Below are positions 23,922 to 38,965 of a stretch of 64,000 nt of DNA, one piece after another (within the stretch, counting starts at the first letter, position 1; the number at the start of each line of letters is the position of its first letter). Origin of the DNA: Vicugna vicugna (Eukaryota). The position numbers were made by a program, and so were the translations under genes. The stretch covers positions 4,386,793 through 4,450,792 of the forward strand of contig MU058423.1 in the NCBI GenBank assembly GCA_013265495.1. The letters are read 5' to 3'. The notes beneath the pieces were generated by a model that saw nothing but the letters and a program-made list of their open reading frames with translations, made no database searches and was not told the origin of the DNA.

Positions 23922-26900
23922 GCAGGCTAGATTGTTGCAAGATGGCTTGGCTGTTGTGTCAGAAAAAAGAAAAAGCAGAAGGTACTCTTTGCCCTAAAAT
24001 AGATACCTCACCATTTCAAATTGTATTATTAGATAGCCATTCGCTTCTTTGTGAGATTGTATTAATAATGCAGACATTTCTAGGAGCAACAGAATAAACT
24101 ACTCCTATTACGGCTTTTACTATTAGAGCCCCCTACTCCCACCTGAACACTGAGAGGATGTTACCCACAAAGGAAAGCTGTAAAGACCAGGGGAACAGTA
24201 GGCAGTAAATGGAATACTGAGACCTCAGAGGGCTAGTCCTATCAGAATTGGTGCTTCTCCATCTAAATTTCTTCAAATCCTGCTCAAGTATAACCTTGCT
24301 TCTCCCAGGTGGCCAAGATCTTAGAGAAATGTACACCTCATAGGATTTCATTATCAAAAGGACAGTGCAGACTATGTATTAAGAAGCTCCAAATACTCTT
24401 ACCAGTCTTTATAAAATCTATATACTCAAGAAAACAGTTTGATACACAGACTATAGAGTCAAATTATACATGTGCAGATTAAACTGTTTGAGATGACTAC
24501 TTTTATTTTCACTCTATTAATAAATGTGGGTACCAGGTTTGGTAGGAGAGGAAAGCTAGCCTCCATTTGGAGGACTTCATGATGGTTCTGATGGCAAATT
24601 TCGATCTGTCAAGAACATGCTGCAAATATGAAACTGGTGACCAATTTGATCAATTTTTTAGAGTGTCATGAGACCATCAAAAAATAGCCAGTGATTTAAG
24701 GGTGTTTCTGGAGATTTTTGTTGCTAGGTGATTTCCATGAGTCACCCCTCTATGGTCAAGAGACTGACAGACCTGTTCTGAGTTTGGAGGATTGAGCCAA
24801 ATAGGAGAGAGATCAAAGAAACTGCTACAGATAGAAAAAAAAAAGTATATGATGTGCTTGTTCTTATGTTTCTCCAGAATGCAATTCAAAAGAGGATTAT
24901 TTTAAAACAGACTTCCTACTGGGCTTACTGTGCTGACCTTGGTAAACATCACCTCAAAGTCGTTTCACTTGTATTTTTCTTAAGGGAGCAGAGATGCTCA
25001 TGAATAGGTGTAGACAGAATCACATGTCAGGTTAAGGTAAAGATACTGTAAGTTTCTACAGAGAGAGAGAAAGATTTTAATCTGTCCAGAATAATAAAAC
25101 GAAATAGGATTTGCATGATCAGAAAAATACTCTCCTGGACATAGTGTCTTACTTCACAGGTTAGTAACCACTTATAAACATGAATGTAGAACTTCCTGAA
25201 ATCATATGACCATCTAATGCTGAGGTGATTTTTTTCCTTGACTTTATTCTAAACTGGAAATGAGAACCTAACATATGATATCCTATGATGACTGTGGATT
25301 TCCATGAAAGAAAAGGAACAAAAAGCCAGTAGAAGCAACATCTGAGAACTGCCTGGCTCATTTCAGACTACGACTACATGAAAAATCTAGTTTCACAGTA
25401 GAGCTCACATTAGTTACACTGTGAGATTGCAGCTACGTTTCCTCCAGAGATCTCCAAGTTCTTTCCTGGTATCAATTTGTCAGTAGCCCAATGCCTCTAA
25501 TCCTGTGGAGCCCAGAGGAATCTGTTCTAGCATTATTTCTGTGGAAGCCTTTCATAAGCTTTATGGCAATCCAAGCTAAGGAGCATCAATAGTGACTGCA
25601 ATGTTCTTTTGTCAAGTGCTTACTTAACTAATAAAAGACATATTCATGAGAAGAAAAGGGAATGGCTTTGGAAAAAAAAACTGGAAGCTTAAGGGCAAAA
25701 TATTTACATCCTTCTTAAATCTACTTGAACTTTCATTTAAAGCTTAAATTCATACATGTTATACCCTTCGTGGTTAGTAATAATAAAAGTTCATTATAAC
25801 TTTATAAATATGTGATAACCCAACATCTACCACTCATTAGCTATGGTGACTGAAAACAAGTCCTTTACCCTTTTTAAAATCTCAGCTTCCCCATTTGTAA
25901 AACGGGGCTTTTCACCTATTCATTATTATTAACATGATTCAAGACGTAGCAAACTATTTTTAAGTTATTTTTACATAAATATGAATTATTAGTACAATAA
26001 AGCTGGGGCTTGAACTTGAAACATTTAAGGAATTTTAACAATGATCGTAATTAATTCTATATAATATATATTATACATCACAACTATTTAATAAATTGGG
26101 AAAAATGTAATACTGATGTTCTGCCATTTATGGGTAGACTCTGTAGAATAAAGTTATTTTCAGTGATCATGCATAAATTAATGCCACTCTAAGGATGGCT
26201 GTAGGCAGGCTCAGGGAGCTATGAAGATGTGTTCCGGAATACTGCAGAGCAAATAAAATTAAAAAGCATTTTAATAAATTTTTTTTCTAGAAAACAATGG
26301 TAAAACCAACAGTCCAGTGCACCAGTGAAAATGTTGTGTAGTCTAAAATTAGTGCTTTGGGAAATGGAATACTAAGTTTTGGGCTAGGATTATGGAAGAT
26401 CCACTGAATATCAGAGCTATGGACACAAGCCACGTAAAGTTGCTTGTATCTGAATTCTATGTGCATTGTGATCTTTCTGACTAGTCCCATCTCTAAACAG
26501 GGACACAAACCCTGGGATACTGAATAACAGTACCAGTAACTTCAATATTTACTCATCTATTGTTACGTACCATTGTGTACATCAGCCATGTAAGACTCAT
26601 CTCTCTACTGAAGCTCTTGGCAGTCAAAAACCTGGGTCAAACCAAAGGGTCTGTTATGTATAAAGGGTGATTTTCTTGTATTTTATAGATTTCAAACTTA
26701 ATTATTTCAACCAGTCTTCACAGGAACCATGCCAAAGGAATCAGAACCTAGAAAGTTCAAATGGGTAACCTGGTTAGGCTTCAATAAATATTCACTGAAT
26801 TGAATCTCCGTATCATCTGTTAAGTACGTATGATTTGTGATCACTTAGCTTGCAAATAAATATGTAAATAAGAACTACAGTATCTTTATATAGCACTTTC

Positions 26901-27199
26901 CCTTATTTTATATAGTGCTTTGCCTTTTATAAAGTACCTTCACCTACATGACTGTGTTTAATGATTGACAGATTAGAGAGCAGGAGAATATGCCAAATGT
27001 AAAAAATGATGCCACAGTATCATGTATTAGGAAACATAAGGACAGCTGAACAAAATTTAGATTAATTTATGGATGGCACAGTCATAACATTTGTTACTGT
27101 TGAGATAGCTCCACAAAAGGAAATTATTTTAAAAAGAAAGCTAAAGACAAAGCTTTGCTTGCTTCCTGAAGCTGGCATATCCTTCTCTTTCTTCTTCCA

Positions 27200-28345
27200 T
27201 CTCAGAGCAGTTCACTCTTCCCTCAGAGCTCAGCTCAAAAGCCATCCCCTTTATGAAGCTATCACTGATCCTTCTGAGTTTGCAATGAACTGCTTCCCTC
27301 TGTATTCCCATAGCTCTCTATCTGTAGCTCTAGCATAGCATTTATTTTCTTCTTCTTTGTAAATAGCTGCTTACTTTATAAAGCTACTTGGAGGCAGAGG
27401 CTAGCCTGTCATCCTTATCTCCCATTGCACCCCGCACAGGGCTCTGCAGAGCAAGGAACTCCATTAACACTCAGAGTACTGAACTAATTGGAGGGAACAA
27501 CACTATGTTAAAGAACTAAGTACTCCCAGCAAGATATCCCTTGGGTCACCTTCTGCCAGATTCTGTATGACGTTACTTCGAAAACATAAAAGGTGGCAAA
27601 GACAGTGGAAAAAATAACTGAAGTGGCAGAAAAGATTATGCGGGGTCAGTAATAATAATTAAAAAAAAAGTTAAAGTGGGGAGAGCACAGATGTAGGAAT
27701 GCAGACTGATGGACTCTTTATTCCAGCACTATTAATTAAGGGCCCACTGTGTATCAGGCACTAAAGTAATTGCTGGGGATTTAAGGGAGAACAAGGCTCC
27801 ATTCCTGTCTTCAAAGAGCTTCCAATACAGTACACTGGTGGACAAGTAACCAGTAAGCACAAAATGAAGTGCTAAATGTATTGATAAAGGATGACTACCT
27901 ACTATAACATGGCAGTTGCATGTCTAAGAAATTGCCTTTAAAAATAATTTCAGTGAGGAAAAGGGGGTAGACCTCTAGCCTTGTGATGACAAAGTTATTT
28001 TACTGTAGGAGTTTCAATAATAAAGTTGTATGTTTAATAGTTCTAAGAATATATATGCAAAACCTAATATCCCTGAGCAAATCTACCATTCAACAACATG
28101 CAGACTTTCCCAAGAAAAACGGTCTTGACTTTCTCATCACCACCAGTACGATCACATACTTTTCAGAGGGGCTTTAATTTCTTCATCAAAACATTTATTA
28201 CATTAGCAATAACTGGTATACTTGTTTAATGTGTTTCTCCTTCCTTTGATCTTGAGCTCCACAGGTTAGGAAATGTGTTAGTCTTGCTCATCTTCACATC
28301 TCTAGCTCGGCACCTTGCATATAGTAGGTACTCAATAAATATTAA
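27200..28345. mobile_element. Cluster of L2 3' fragments in both orientations
   Basis: Plus-strand tails such as 'catatagtaggtactcaataaatatt' (~28320), and a minus-strand piece 'gcccactgtgtatcaggcact' (~27740). Confidence 0.55.
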
Positions 28346-28812
28346 CACCAAATTAGTTAAATTACTAACATTTTTTATTTTTGTCATCTAATGCCTTGAA
28401 ATACAGTTTCTGTATGGCCTGTAACAGCTTTTGTCTCCCTGTGTGGTGCTCATTCCAAAATGCAGTGTGAGTCTAGCACAAGATCCAGTTATAATTGTGA
28501 AATCTGCATAACGCACAGAACTAGCAAGCACAACTGGGCAGGTTGTGCCCATCCAAAGAAGCCAAGCCAAGCAGCAGAGGGAGGCTGAGACCCAATATGC
28601 TCTCTCCTTTCCAAGCCATAATGCTTCTCTTGGGGAGAAAAAAACCCCCACAAAACAGAACCAACCTCTTCCTAATTCACACAATCAGTCGCCTTGATAA
28701 TGCAACTTGTTGGTTGTCCTAATTGAACATACTGTATCCAAATATCATGTGAACTAAAACTTGCAACAGAAGCAAGTAAGATTTATGGGTCTAAGGCTTT
28801 GCCTAACAATGC

Positions 28813-29452
28813 TTTTTTTTTAAAAAAAATTGAGATACAACTGACATACAAGATCATCTTAGTTTCAGGTATACAAGATGCTTTGACATTCATATAGACT
28901 GCAAAATGATCACAGTAAGTCTAGTTGACATCCATCATCATACATAGTTACAGAAATTATTTTTCTTGTAATGAGAGCTTTTGAGATTTACTCTCCTAGC
29001 AACTTTCATATATGCAATACAGTATGATTAACTATAGTCACCATGCTGCACATTATACCTCCGTGACCTGCTTATTTTATACTTGAAGTTTGTACCTTTT
29101 AACTCCCTTCACTCATTTTTGCCCACCAGCCCACCTGTGGCAACCACCAATCTATTCTCTGTATCTATGAACTTGCCTCTTTTGTTTTGCTTTGTTTTGT
29201 TTTGTTTTAGACTTTACATGTAAGTGAGATCATACGGTATTTATTTGTTTCTTTCTGTCTAGCTTACATCACTTAGCATAATGGACCCCAAAGTCCATCC
29301 ATGTTTTTGCAAAAAAGTAAGATTTCTTTCCCTTTCATGGCTGAATAATACTTTGTTGTATACATATAGCACATTTCCTTTATCCATTCATCCATCAATG
29401 GACATTTAGATTGTTTCCACATATTGGCTACTGTAAATAATGCTGCAATGAA
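28813..29452 (-). mobile_element. L1 3' end (L1MA9-like)
   Basis: Poly-T followed by 'attgagatacaactgacatac...ttgagatttactctcctagcaactttc...ttaactatagtcaccatgctg...ttggctactgtaaataatgctgcaatgaac'. Confidence 0.9.
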
Positions 29453-30294
29453 CCGTATTTTGTCTTGTTAATCAGGAGTGTGATGGAGATACACTGGATG
29501 CTTTTAAGAAAGGGGATAATATGGCAGTCAGAAAAATTGATTTAGGACCTGTCATTTCCATTTCCAAACATGAAATTTCTCTCTTTCACTTCAAAGCCTC
29601 CATGAGAGCCAACACATCGAGCCTATTCCAATATTTTATTAATAAAATGAACTTTTATTTAATTTATCTTCATAGTTATTGATTTTAACTTTTTTTTTCT
29701 GTTTTTATAAGGAGTCATTATGTTGCTGTTAGGCATGTCTAGTGCAGTTGTTAAAACATTTATCCATTATAATCTCAGTGCAAATGCCACTGCATCCATG
29801 AATAATTATTTTAATACTGTGTTATTTAGAATACATTCCACTTACTTCAAAACTACAGTTGTGAAATTATTTTGATTTTAAATATCTGGCTTAGAGCCAG
29901 AATCTCATAAGCTGTTAGTTATTAATTGCCATTAGTAACATCAGGAAAGATCAGACGATTCACAGAAAGGGAAACTAAAGGGAAACAATTCAGAAGATCC
30001 TTTCAAAGCAGAAAATGCGAATCAGAATGACTTCAACTTTCTACCACTAGAAATGATAATCACAATGATAAAGGTGACTAATATTATTGAGCAATTCCTA
30101 AGTGCCAGGCCCTGTGTTAAGTACATTTTTATCTTAATGTTTTTGAGAACAAAGAAGTGAAATAACAAGATTAAGTTGGAACTTGAACCTTCAGACCTGT
30201 TTGAATCCCAAATAAAATATCCCTAAAGGCATGCACTTTCCCAAGTAACACAACTCCACTTCAGAATACCCGGTTCTAAACGTCTAAAAACCCT

Positions 30295-30345
30295 TACACC
30301 TGAAATTAATTTAATATTGTACATCAACTATAGTCAACAAAAATG
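30295..30345 (+). mobile_element. Extremely 5'-truncated L1 3' terminus
   Basis: 'tacacctgaaattaatttaatattgtacatcaactatagtcaacaaaaat' resembles the last ~50 nt of laurasiatherian L1 elements. Confidence 0.55.
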
Positions 30346-31514
30346 AATGAATTTTTTAAATTGCCCAAGACCCAGTGATCCTGGAAACTTCCTATCTAGA
30401 AAGGGCAACTGGCCCTTTCTTAGAAGGGCATAAAGTGGTGTAAAGGTATTCCTTTACTGTTGCCACTCCTACAACAATCCCCATTTGCCCCAACCAAACA
30501 AGCGAATGTACAAAATGTGTACTGATCTACCTACGCTGTCAGCCTAAATGGAAACTTCCTGGCTGTGGTTTTAATTGGAAATGGAACCCTTCCCTTGCTG
30601 TCCAAATTTATTACAGTTACATATCACCCTCAGGTTTTCATCTAGGAGACAAGTCATTCTGGTGATGGATGAGGCAATATTTATATATCATCTTGCAAAG
30701 TAAGCAAGGAGACTTTCAGTTTAAAAGCACTATAAGGCTATTGTTACAGTCCAGTAATGAAGACAGTGATTTGGGGGGAAAAATTGCATACAGCTAAATG
30801 TTAAAAATATTTTTTAAACCTGTGATTTTTGCATAAGTTGTATAGATCAGAGAATACCTTTCAATTCAGGTGGCCAGATGCAAGATGCCACTCTTACAAT
30901 TTGTTGCCCTTTGTATAAAGATCTAGTCAAAGAAGTTTGCTTATAGGTTAGCTCAGTATCTATTTCTCCAAATTTTATGCTGCTTCTTGTCGGTCCATAA
31001 TTACGAATACTTATTAGTGATGCTCATACAACTTCCAAGTGATTTAGTGTTAGATAATTTTTTAAAAGATGAGAGACTGAGTCATGGTACATAAAGTTCT
31101 ATCAAAAATCCTGAGTTAATTATGGTTAGTATGATAGATCATAAAATCTAACTATGAGTGTCCTGACAACTAAGGCAATAAGAGAAACACAATTTCTTAA
31201 ACTTTGTTCAACGCATGATAAGAAAAGCATCTCAGTAAACAAGACAAAACAAAACTTAGAGAGGACAATCCTTATGGTCTGTTGGTAGGAATGGGAAGTG
31301 GTGCAACTGCATTTGACGAAAATGCTCAGACTCTCTAACCCAAGAGACTGGCTACTGGGCGCACATCTCAGGAAAAGCAAAGTGAAACAAAACAAAACTC
31401 TCACTTGTATGCACCAAGATACGGGTATAAAGATGAGTGGCTTGAAATTATAAAAAACTAAAAAAAAAAAGGACACTCTAAACTCCCACTAATAAAAAAT
31501 GTGTTTATATAATG

Positions 31515-31597
31515 GAATATATATATTATATATATATATGTATTTTATTATATAATATATATAGTTATATATTATACATATATATTATATATATAAC
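31515..31597. repeat. (TA)n-rich simple repeat within an old L1ME/MC relic (~31300-31990)
   Basis: atatatattatatatatatatgtattttattatataatatatatagttatatattatac... Confidence 0.8.
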
Positions 31598-32109
31598 ATG
31601 AATGAACTAGATCATACAGACCAAATGGATAATTTACAAAAATATTGTTGAACAAAAAGGCAAGTTGCAGAATAGATTTTTCTGGATGGTAATATTTAAA
31701 AACTCTGAAATCAAAACTATATATTATTTATGAACATAAAAGTTTGGTACAAAAAATATTAAAACATGGACTAGAAGGAAATACATCAAATTTACAACAC
31801 TGGTTCCCTCTGAGAGAGGGAAGAAAGAAATGGATCAGGGGGCATGGAGACAAAGATGATTTCAACTTGGTCAGTAATGTTTATTTTTTAAAATCCTAAC
31901 AAAAACAATATGATACTATTGTTCATTTTAAGTGGCAGTTGTACATGTATTTGTTGTATTGTTTATGTACTTTACTGTTTTAAAAAAATTTTTAATGATA
32001 CCTTCAAGATCAAAGACCTCCATAGCAGACTACACACCCCAAAGACCATATATGTATTAGAGCTAGAATGTTTGATATAAAATGTTATGATCAGTTAATA
32101 TCTGTTTTA

Positions 32110-33260
32110 GCAGTTCATTCATTCATTCCACAAATATTTATTGAGCCCCATTAAGGGCAGATATAGGACAACTTGCCTGTCCTTGGGTGCTTGCACTGGA
32201 AAGGAGAAAAAGAGACACAAATAAAGGAGCAGTGTACCACATAACATAGCAGGTAGTTGCATGATATTCCGTCAGAAGGTACCCAGTAAAGTGTAACCAC
32301 TGACGCCTCTTCTGATTGGTCGGTGTTGGTGCTGTCTCAGTTGTTAAAATAGTCTGAACATCATCCCCGCAATAAACTCAATGAAGAAAAGCTGAGCAGG
32401 CTCAAGGAATAGATAAAGTGTGTGGAGGAGATGCGATTTTAGATATGGTGGTCAGATAAGCCCCTTTGAGAAATGTTTTTAAGCAGAGACCTGAACAAAA
32501 GGTGGGAATGAGTTACGGGAAGATAATAAGAACATGGGTCCAAACAAGGCAAGAATAAATGGAGTTTTATGAGGAACATAAGAAGTTGCAGGTAGGGAGG
32601 AATGAGCAAGGTGAGAGTAATCAGAGCAGAGGTCAGAGATGTATTCAGCGGCCAGACTGCAAAGGACCTTTCAGGCAGTAGTAACAGTGCAGATTTAATT
32701 CTCAATGGGACATAAAGATACAAGAGGAAATTGAACAAGGAAAGGACCTGACTCACTCAGATTTTTAAAATTTAATGCATGTGTATATACATTATATAAT
32801 TATATAATTACTTATATAATATACTTACATTACATTTATATATCATAATGTTTTATATTACAGTATTGTAAAACATATGTGAATTTGATAACAGAGCAAA
32901 ACAGGGAAGCAGGGAGACCAATGAGGAGGTACCGCAGGAGCCCAGAGATCAAGCTGGTTGGGGCCTGGCTGTTAGCAGTGGACAGGATGAAAAGAGGTCT
33001 GATTTGGGATATATTTTGAAGTTTGGCTAACAGAAATTCATTGATATGTGTTGCGAGAGATATAAAGGAGTTAAAGAGGATTCCTAGATTTTTCGTCTTG
33101 AGCAACCAGATAAATACAAGCTGCTGTTTATAGATACAGGGAAAGACCAGAGGCAGAATCGATTTGGGGAGCAGAAATCAAGAGTTCTATAATAAACATG
33201 TGAAGTTTAAAATGCCTCCCAGACATCCAAGTGGAGACAGCGTGGAGGCAGTTGGCTATA
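32110..33260 (-). mobile_element. L2 LINE fragment
   Basis: 'ttcattcattcattccacaaatatttattgagc' tail. Body 'ggaagcagggagaccaatgaggagg...gagttaaagaggattcctagatttttcgtcttgagcaac...catccaagtggagac'. Confidence 0.85.
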
Positions 33261-33719
33261 TGATAACAGTTGTTACCAATAGTGTGAAAAAAAAAGAATC
33301 AAAAGTATCACACTAACTACTTTTCCCAACACTTCACCCACAAGAATACGATTTTGTTAACTAGCCAACAGTTGCTGACTTATTATTCTGGTTTTTAGAT
33401 GGTGAAGACAGTATGTACTCAGCTCTCTATGATTTCTAACAGCTTATTTCCATTTATATGAACACGTTAATGAAAAAAAAAAAGCAGGAATGGAAACAAA
33501 CACTGTTGATTGGTTCTCTTATCCCTGAATGAAGACACTCATCACATACTGTGCATTTTCAACATTCCACACACTTTGTTTACAAGATCCAATTTTCTGA
33601 GGTTATTTCAGATAAAAGGTTTTTTAAATAACAAAATCACAGTATTACAGTCCAAATCATCAATGTGACGTTAAAAAGGTTTTTGTGATGGTTTTATCCC
33701 ACATACTACAAATGAAACT

Positions 33720-33945
33720 AGGGGAGGAATTTATAGTATAGTTTAAAAGTGGGATGTGTGTGTCAGACTGCCTGGGTTTATATCCTGTTCCACTGCTTCG
33801 CTGGAAAAGTTACTTAACCTCCTGCCTCAATTACCTCACCTACTGAATAAGGATGATACAACTGAGGATTATGTGGACCAACAAAGGCGAAGTGTTTACT
33901 ACAGTGCATTACACCATGTAAATTCCCAATAAATGACATTATTTG
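33720..33945 (+). mobile_element. MIR SINE
   Basis: 'gtcagactgcctgggtttatatcctgttccactgctt...aagttacttaacctc...ttcccaataaatg'. Confidence 0.7.
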
Positions 33946-35118
33946 TAACCATATTCCACAATTTCAATTCAACAAGCTTGCACTGAGAACTATTATGTGC
34001 TTTACACTGTGCTGGGCACTACTCACGGGACTCCAGTGATGGCTAAATGGAGCTCTATCCCAAGCCAGACAGCAGATGCATCTGTGACAATGCTCCCTAC
34101 ACCACGTGCAAGGTTAGTTTTTCTAAACTTTGAAATCAAAATCCATATGGCACGGTCCAGTCATCACAACCAACCTCAGAGTGGCCTCATTTTCTGTGTC
34201 ATGCACACATCCTCTTCTTCAACTTGTGCTGACCACACACACTAGGTTCTCCTCCCTCTTCAGAGAGAGCTGCTTGGAAGCATATTTGATTTCTTCATTT
34301 TATCATTTCCAAGAAGGAAAGAGAACAACAGGAAACAAACAGAAAGCTACATGTGGTGGTGAGAAATGATCGCTCAGACATGACCAGATGATACTGTTAG
34401 CTGCTGGACCTCTCAATGGACGTCAACCCTCTGGAACGAAAGGGCTATTTCTTTGTGCTGAGACAATATCCAGTTCAATTCTTCATTTAATATTTTAGAA
34501 GTCAGTTCCAAAGTAGGTCAAAGAATGAAAACCAATTCTGGCTTCTTCCTCAGCTCACATCTTTAATTTTCAATGGAACTCATACTATGAGAATCTATTT
34601 CCAGAAAGATGAGAAGAAACATATAACTTGCCAATCTCAGTAAGTCCTTTTCCAATACGATGTGTGCAAAACATCTTTCATCCTTTTCTCCTTTTATGAG
34701 AAAAGAAATTCTGAAATCTAAGAATGGCACGTGAAAAAGTAGTCCCCCCACTGGTCTGGTGAATTAAAACCAAAGCAGATTTCACACCAGCCATTTTATA
34801 CAAGGAATATGTTTCAGTATACAACTGTTTCCAAAAGGACTGATCCTAAGTGAAAAGAGACGCTCCACTGAGGGTGAATGACCACTTCTCACAGCGTTTA
34901 CATTGGAAAAAAAAAAAAAAAAGACTTGACGGGGCACTCAGATGAATCTTTCCTAGCCCTGAGATGATGGCCCCCTTTTGCCACCAAACTCCAGTGCAAC
35001 AATATGCAAAATTTCCACAAAGTGAAGGGTTTCTGAAACAAGACCTATTCTTCTGGAAGAAAGGCTATTCATTTTTGAACTTGATCAACGGTTAAAAAAT
35101 GGTGTCTGTTTAAAAGGC

Positions 35119-35140
35119 ATATATATATATATATATATAT
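35119..35140. repeat. (AT)n microsatellite
   Basis: atatatatatatatatatatat. Confidence 0.95.
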
Positions 35141-35479
35141 AAATTGCTGGCTTCAGTAGAAAAAGAAAAGGGGCAAAAAGTACAAAGGAGTAAAACTACT
35201 ACAAAGAGGAATAAGAACATTTAAACAGCCAAGAAACATATTAAAAGTCAATCTTTTCAATAAGCAAATAAATACACGTTTAAAAATGAAATGTCTTTTT
35301 CACCTTCCTATATGTTTGTTTACCAATGCCAAATTTTAAAAATTATTACCTTGGCAGAAAAGGTGGTGGGAATAAGGATAACTTTATCACTATCCTTTTT
35401 GGTAAACTACGTATTTTCATTTATCTGCTAACGCCTTATATTAGAAGAAGATTTAAATATATAAGGTCTATTACTGACA

Positions 35480-36650
35480 TGGATCTAGTGACTAGTACAT
35501 TTTCATGAAATGTTGGAGGACATATAAATTAACTATCATTTTGCAGAACAGTTTGACATTAGTTAAGAGCCTTAAAGTGTAAAAACCAAACAACCTAAAT
35601 GTCTATAAATAGAAGATTGATTAAAGAAATTCCATATGGTAGAATGCTACATAGCAGTATATCTCAAAAACATAATGTTGAATTTAAAAAGGAAGTTATA
35701 CAATAACATGAACATTATTTTTTCCATTTATACAAGGTTCAAAAATAATGCTACTTATAATTTGTGGATCACAATCAATATGTAATTTTCAATTATTTGT
35801 TAAAGAAGAAAAAGGAATATAAAGGAAGAAAAAATATCAGAGGGCACAGCACATATAAAAAGGTAAAGACTGTTTTGCAAAGCTTTTGTCTTGGTTGTGT
35901 GTGTGGATAAGTGTATGTTTATTACTGTTTTCCAATATAAAATGTGTTTCTCACTGTGGATCAATTTAAAGCAAATTTTAAAGCCACAAGAATAGTTTAC
36001 ATGGTGTAATTTGCTCATCTTCGGCCTGTTGGTCCCAAAGAGGCCTCCTGACTTCACTCTACCCTAGATGCGGTCTTCCTTCTACCCCCAGAAGTCCTCT
36101 CAAGTCCAGACAAAAGAGAGAAAGGCCCACATACTGATTTAAGCCCAACACTTCTTTCCCCATGACTGACATACATGTATGTAGCCCCAACTAAATACAA
36201 TATAATAAGCTCACCATCTTAAGAACACGTGCATTTACTATGGGATGTTTGGAATATGGGAGAAGAAGGGTATGTTTAATAAAGAAAACTATACTGATAC
36301 ATGTTTGACAAAGCATTGTACCAAACAGGAAAAAATGAAATTAAAATAACATCAAGTCATCAAGGTAGGAGAATAATTGAATATATATCCATGTAAGAGG
36401 ATATTTATAGCTATCAAATCATATTTTCTAAGAATAAATGATATAAGTAAATGTTAAAACGAGAGTAGTAAATGCAAAAAGGTGAAAAATTATATGTGAT
36501 ATGATTCTGACTCCAATTTTGTAAAACAAAATGTATATTATATCTAAGAAGAAAGACTGGTAAGAAATATGGCAAACCAATTTCAAGGTTGAGTGTTCAG
36601 TTTTTCATCTTTTCCAAATTTTTTATTTGGAAAAATATCTTTTTAAAAGA
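35480..36650 (+). mobile_element. Old L1ME-type 3' fragments
   Basis: 'aaacaacctaaatgtctataaatagaagattgattaaag...atctcaaaaacataatgttgaatttaaaaaggaagtt' and a second piece at ~36300-36650. Confidence 0.55.
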
Positions 36651-38946
36651 GTCAATTAGAAATGGAAAAAAAAATCCCTCATACATGCTTTCAGTGTCGA
36701 AGCTCAGAGTAGATTTTTGCCTCGCTCATCTCTCTTGTGAGAACATCATGATAAGCTGCCTCAATGCAGTAGCTAAATTTTTCTAGTTTTCTCTTAATTT
36801 ACAGAAGAAAAGAATAAACATCTATGATAAAAGTTCTCAAGAATCAGAAAATACTCCACAAAATCAAATACTATATCCAATCAATTGATCAACTGATCAG
36901 TTAAAAATATGTTCTTACTTATTTGTTGCCTGGGAATATAGTAAGTGTTATGAGGTAGAAAAGCAACATACAGTCTCTGCTGAGCAGAGATACTCTTCAT
37001 CAGAGAATACAGTACAGGATGCTGTCTCATGTATCATCTCATTTAAAGCATAGTGATCCAGATCAAGAATCTGGATACGGTTAGCACATGCAACAAATGT
37101 GTATATGAGTGTATAAATCAATAAAACACAAAGAAGTGCTAAATGGTGCAGTGTAATAGAGTGCATAGATAGGCATATATTTTACCTACATAGGTAAAAG
37201 GTCAAGAGAATGATACAAGCTGAAATTGGCAGGAAGAATATAGAGAAACCAACTTGACATTAGACCTTGAATGGGTGGAATTGGGATAAGCGGAGACTAT
37301 TCCAAGCAAGAAGAATCTCTTCTATTTGTCCTGGTAGAGAAAACACATGAGATGAGGGACTTCTTGTGTGATGACTCTAGTCATCAACATCAGAGGAGCA
37401 AGACTTCAGCCTAAGACCCATCACAGCTCCAAAGCCAAGTAGAAAAAGTTTCCCCTACCACCACCAAAAGTCTACACAATATGCCTAAGAGATCCTATTT
37501 TTGCTTAGGACACTGTTTCTCACATTTTTCAAGTGATATTCCTCTAAAGTAGACAAGGTCACACACCTCTTGGGGAACTGAAGGCAGTAACTCAAAGTAG
37601 CCCACTACAAGGCAGCTATTACATTGAAATCTCATGCTCCATCTTTAAAAATCTTGCATTTGTGCATTCAGTGAAATGCTTTTCCTAATCATTGTGTAGA
37701 ACTGGAGCTCCAGGTATATGAGCCATGCTTAGCTTATGCAGCTTTCTCCAGCACCTCCTCAGTTGAGAATATATATATAAAACTCATTAGGCTCTGTGAT
37801 TTTTTTGCTCCTCTACCATCCTGCAGATATATCAGTCTACCATCAACCAGACCACTGGGCTGTCATTTAAATGCTGTGCCTCCATCTGCTGCACCCAGAC
37901 TTTTTTCTTATCTTCTGCAGACACAGTTTAACATTAGGCCACTTGGTATATACCAAACAGTATTTTCCAAGTGGCCCTTTAAAATGCAGCAAAATAGTGT
38001 TTCACCTTTAAATTCTGAGTGCTAGTCTTACCTCTCTGGGTACACACCACTTTGTATTAATTTTTCTTAGGCCTCTACTTCCTCTGGAGGCAGGCACCAC
38101 ATGTTATTTGATTTTGATTCTCACTGCCTCCACCACCAACACCACCAGGTTCTGCATTCTGTATTTGCGTCACTCTGTACACAGTAGTCTGGAATAATAC
38201 TTGTGCCTTAGCCCAGCAGAGACAGGCCACTTGTGCACATAGAGAACACTGTCTGGAAACAATGAATGACATGAGGTGGCTCTAAGTTTTGTTAGCCCCA
38301 CCATAATCCTTACCAGCTACCTCCCAAGGCCTTCCCCATAAACCATTCATGCTATGCCAATGCAGCCTCAACCCAAATCCAGTAGTCCCCTTCCAATGAG
38401 ACAGCTGGCTGGTCTTAAATCCCCTAGGAATGCCATAGGGTCCCAGTGGGAAATAAGGTGAAATAAGGCTGTAAACGCTCAGATTTAAAAATCAGGTAGA
38501 GTACTCTAGACTTGATGCAATAGATAATAGAGAGCTACTATAGGCTCCTCAAAAGGGGAATACTTGATACCAGATATACCAGAAAGACTGATCTCTGTGG
38601 AACTTTATTCACTGCAAACATGAATTAAAACTTTTCTAAGAAACAAGTCTAAATAATGAACTAAATAACAACGAAGTGTTAAAAATGAAGGAACTGAAGG
38701 CTTTAAAAATTCCATTCTGGCATAATTAAGGGATAAATCAGTTCAAATGAAAGATGTCACTGTTATTAAAACTTCATTCATTTATTAAATTACGTTTCAT
38801 GTGAACAGAGTGGATTTTTAAGATCATTCGATTATTATATATGTCAATGTCATATGTCATTTCCAGTTTTTGGAAAATTGATATTAATGCCTTGTCACTG
38901 AAAACGTAACTGAATTTATCAAATTAACTTCTCAAAGGCCACCTGA

Positions 38947-38965
38947 TAGCCACCAGATGGCAACC
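38947..38965 (+). promoter_or_regulatory. Candidate CTCF site (contains a CAGATG E-box)
   Basis: tagCCACCAGATGGCAacc against the core CCASYAGRKGGCRS. Motif match only. Confidence 0.45.
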
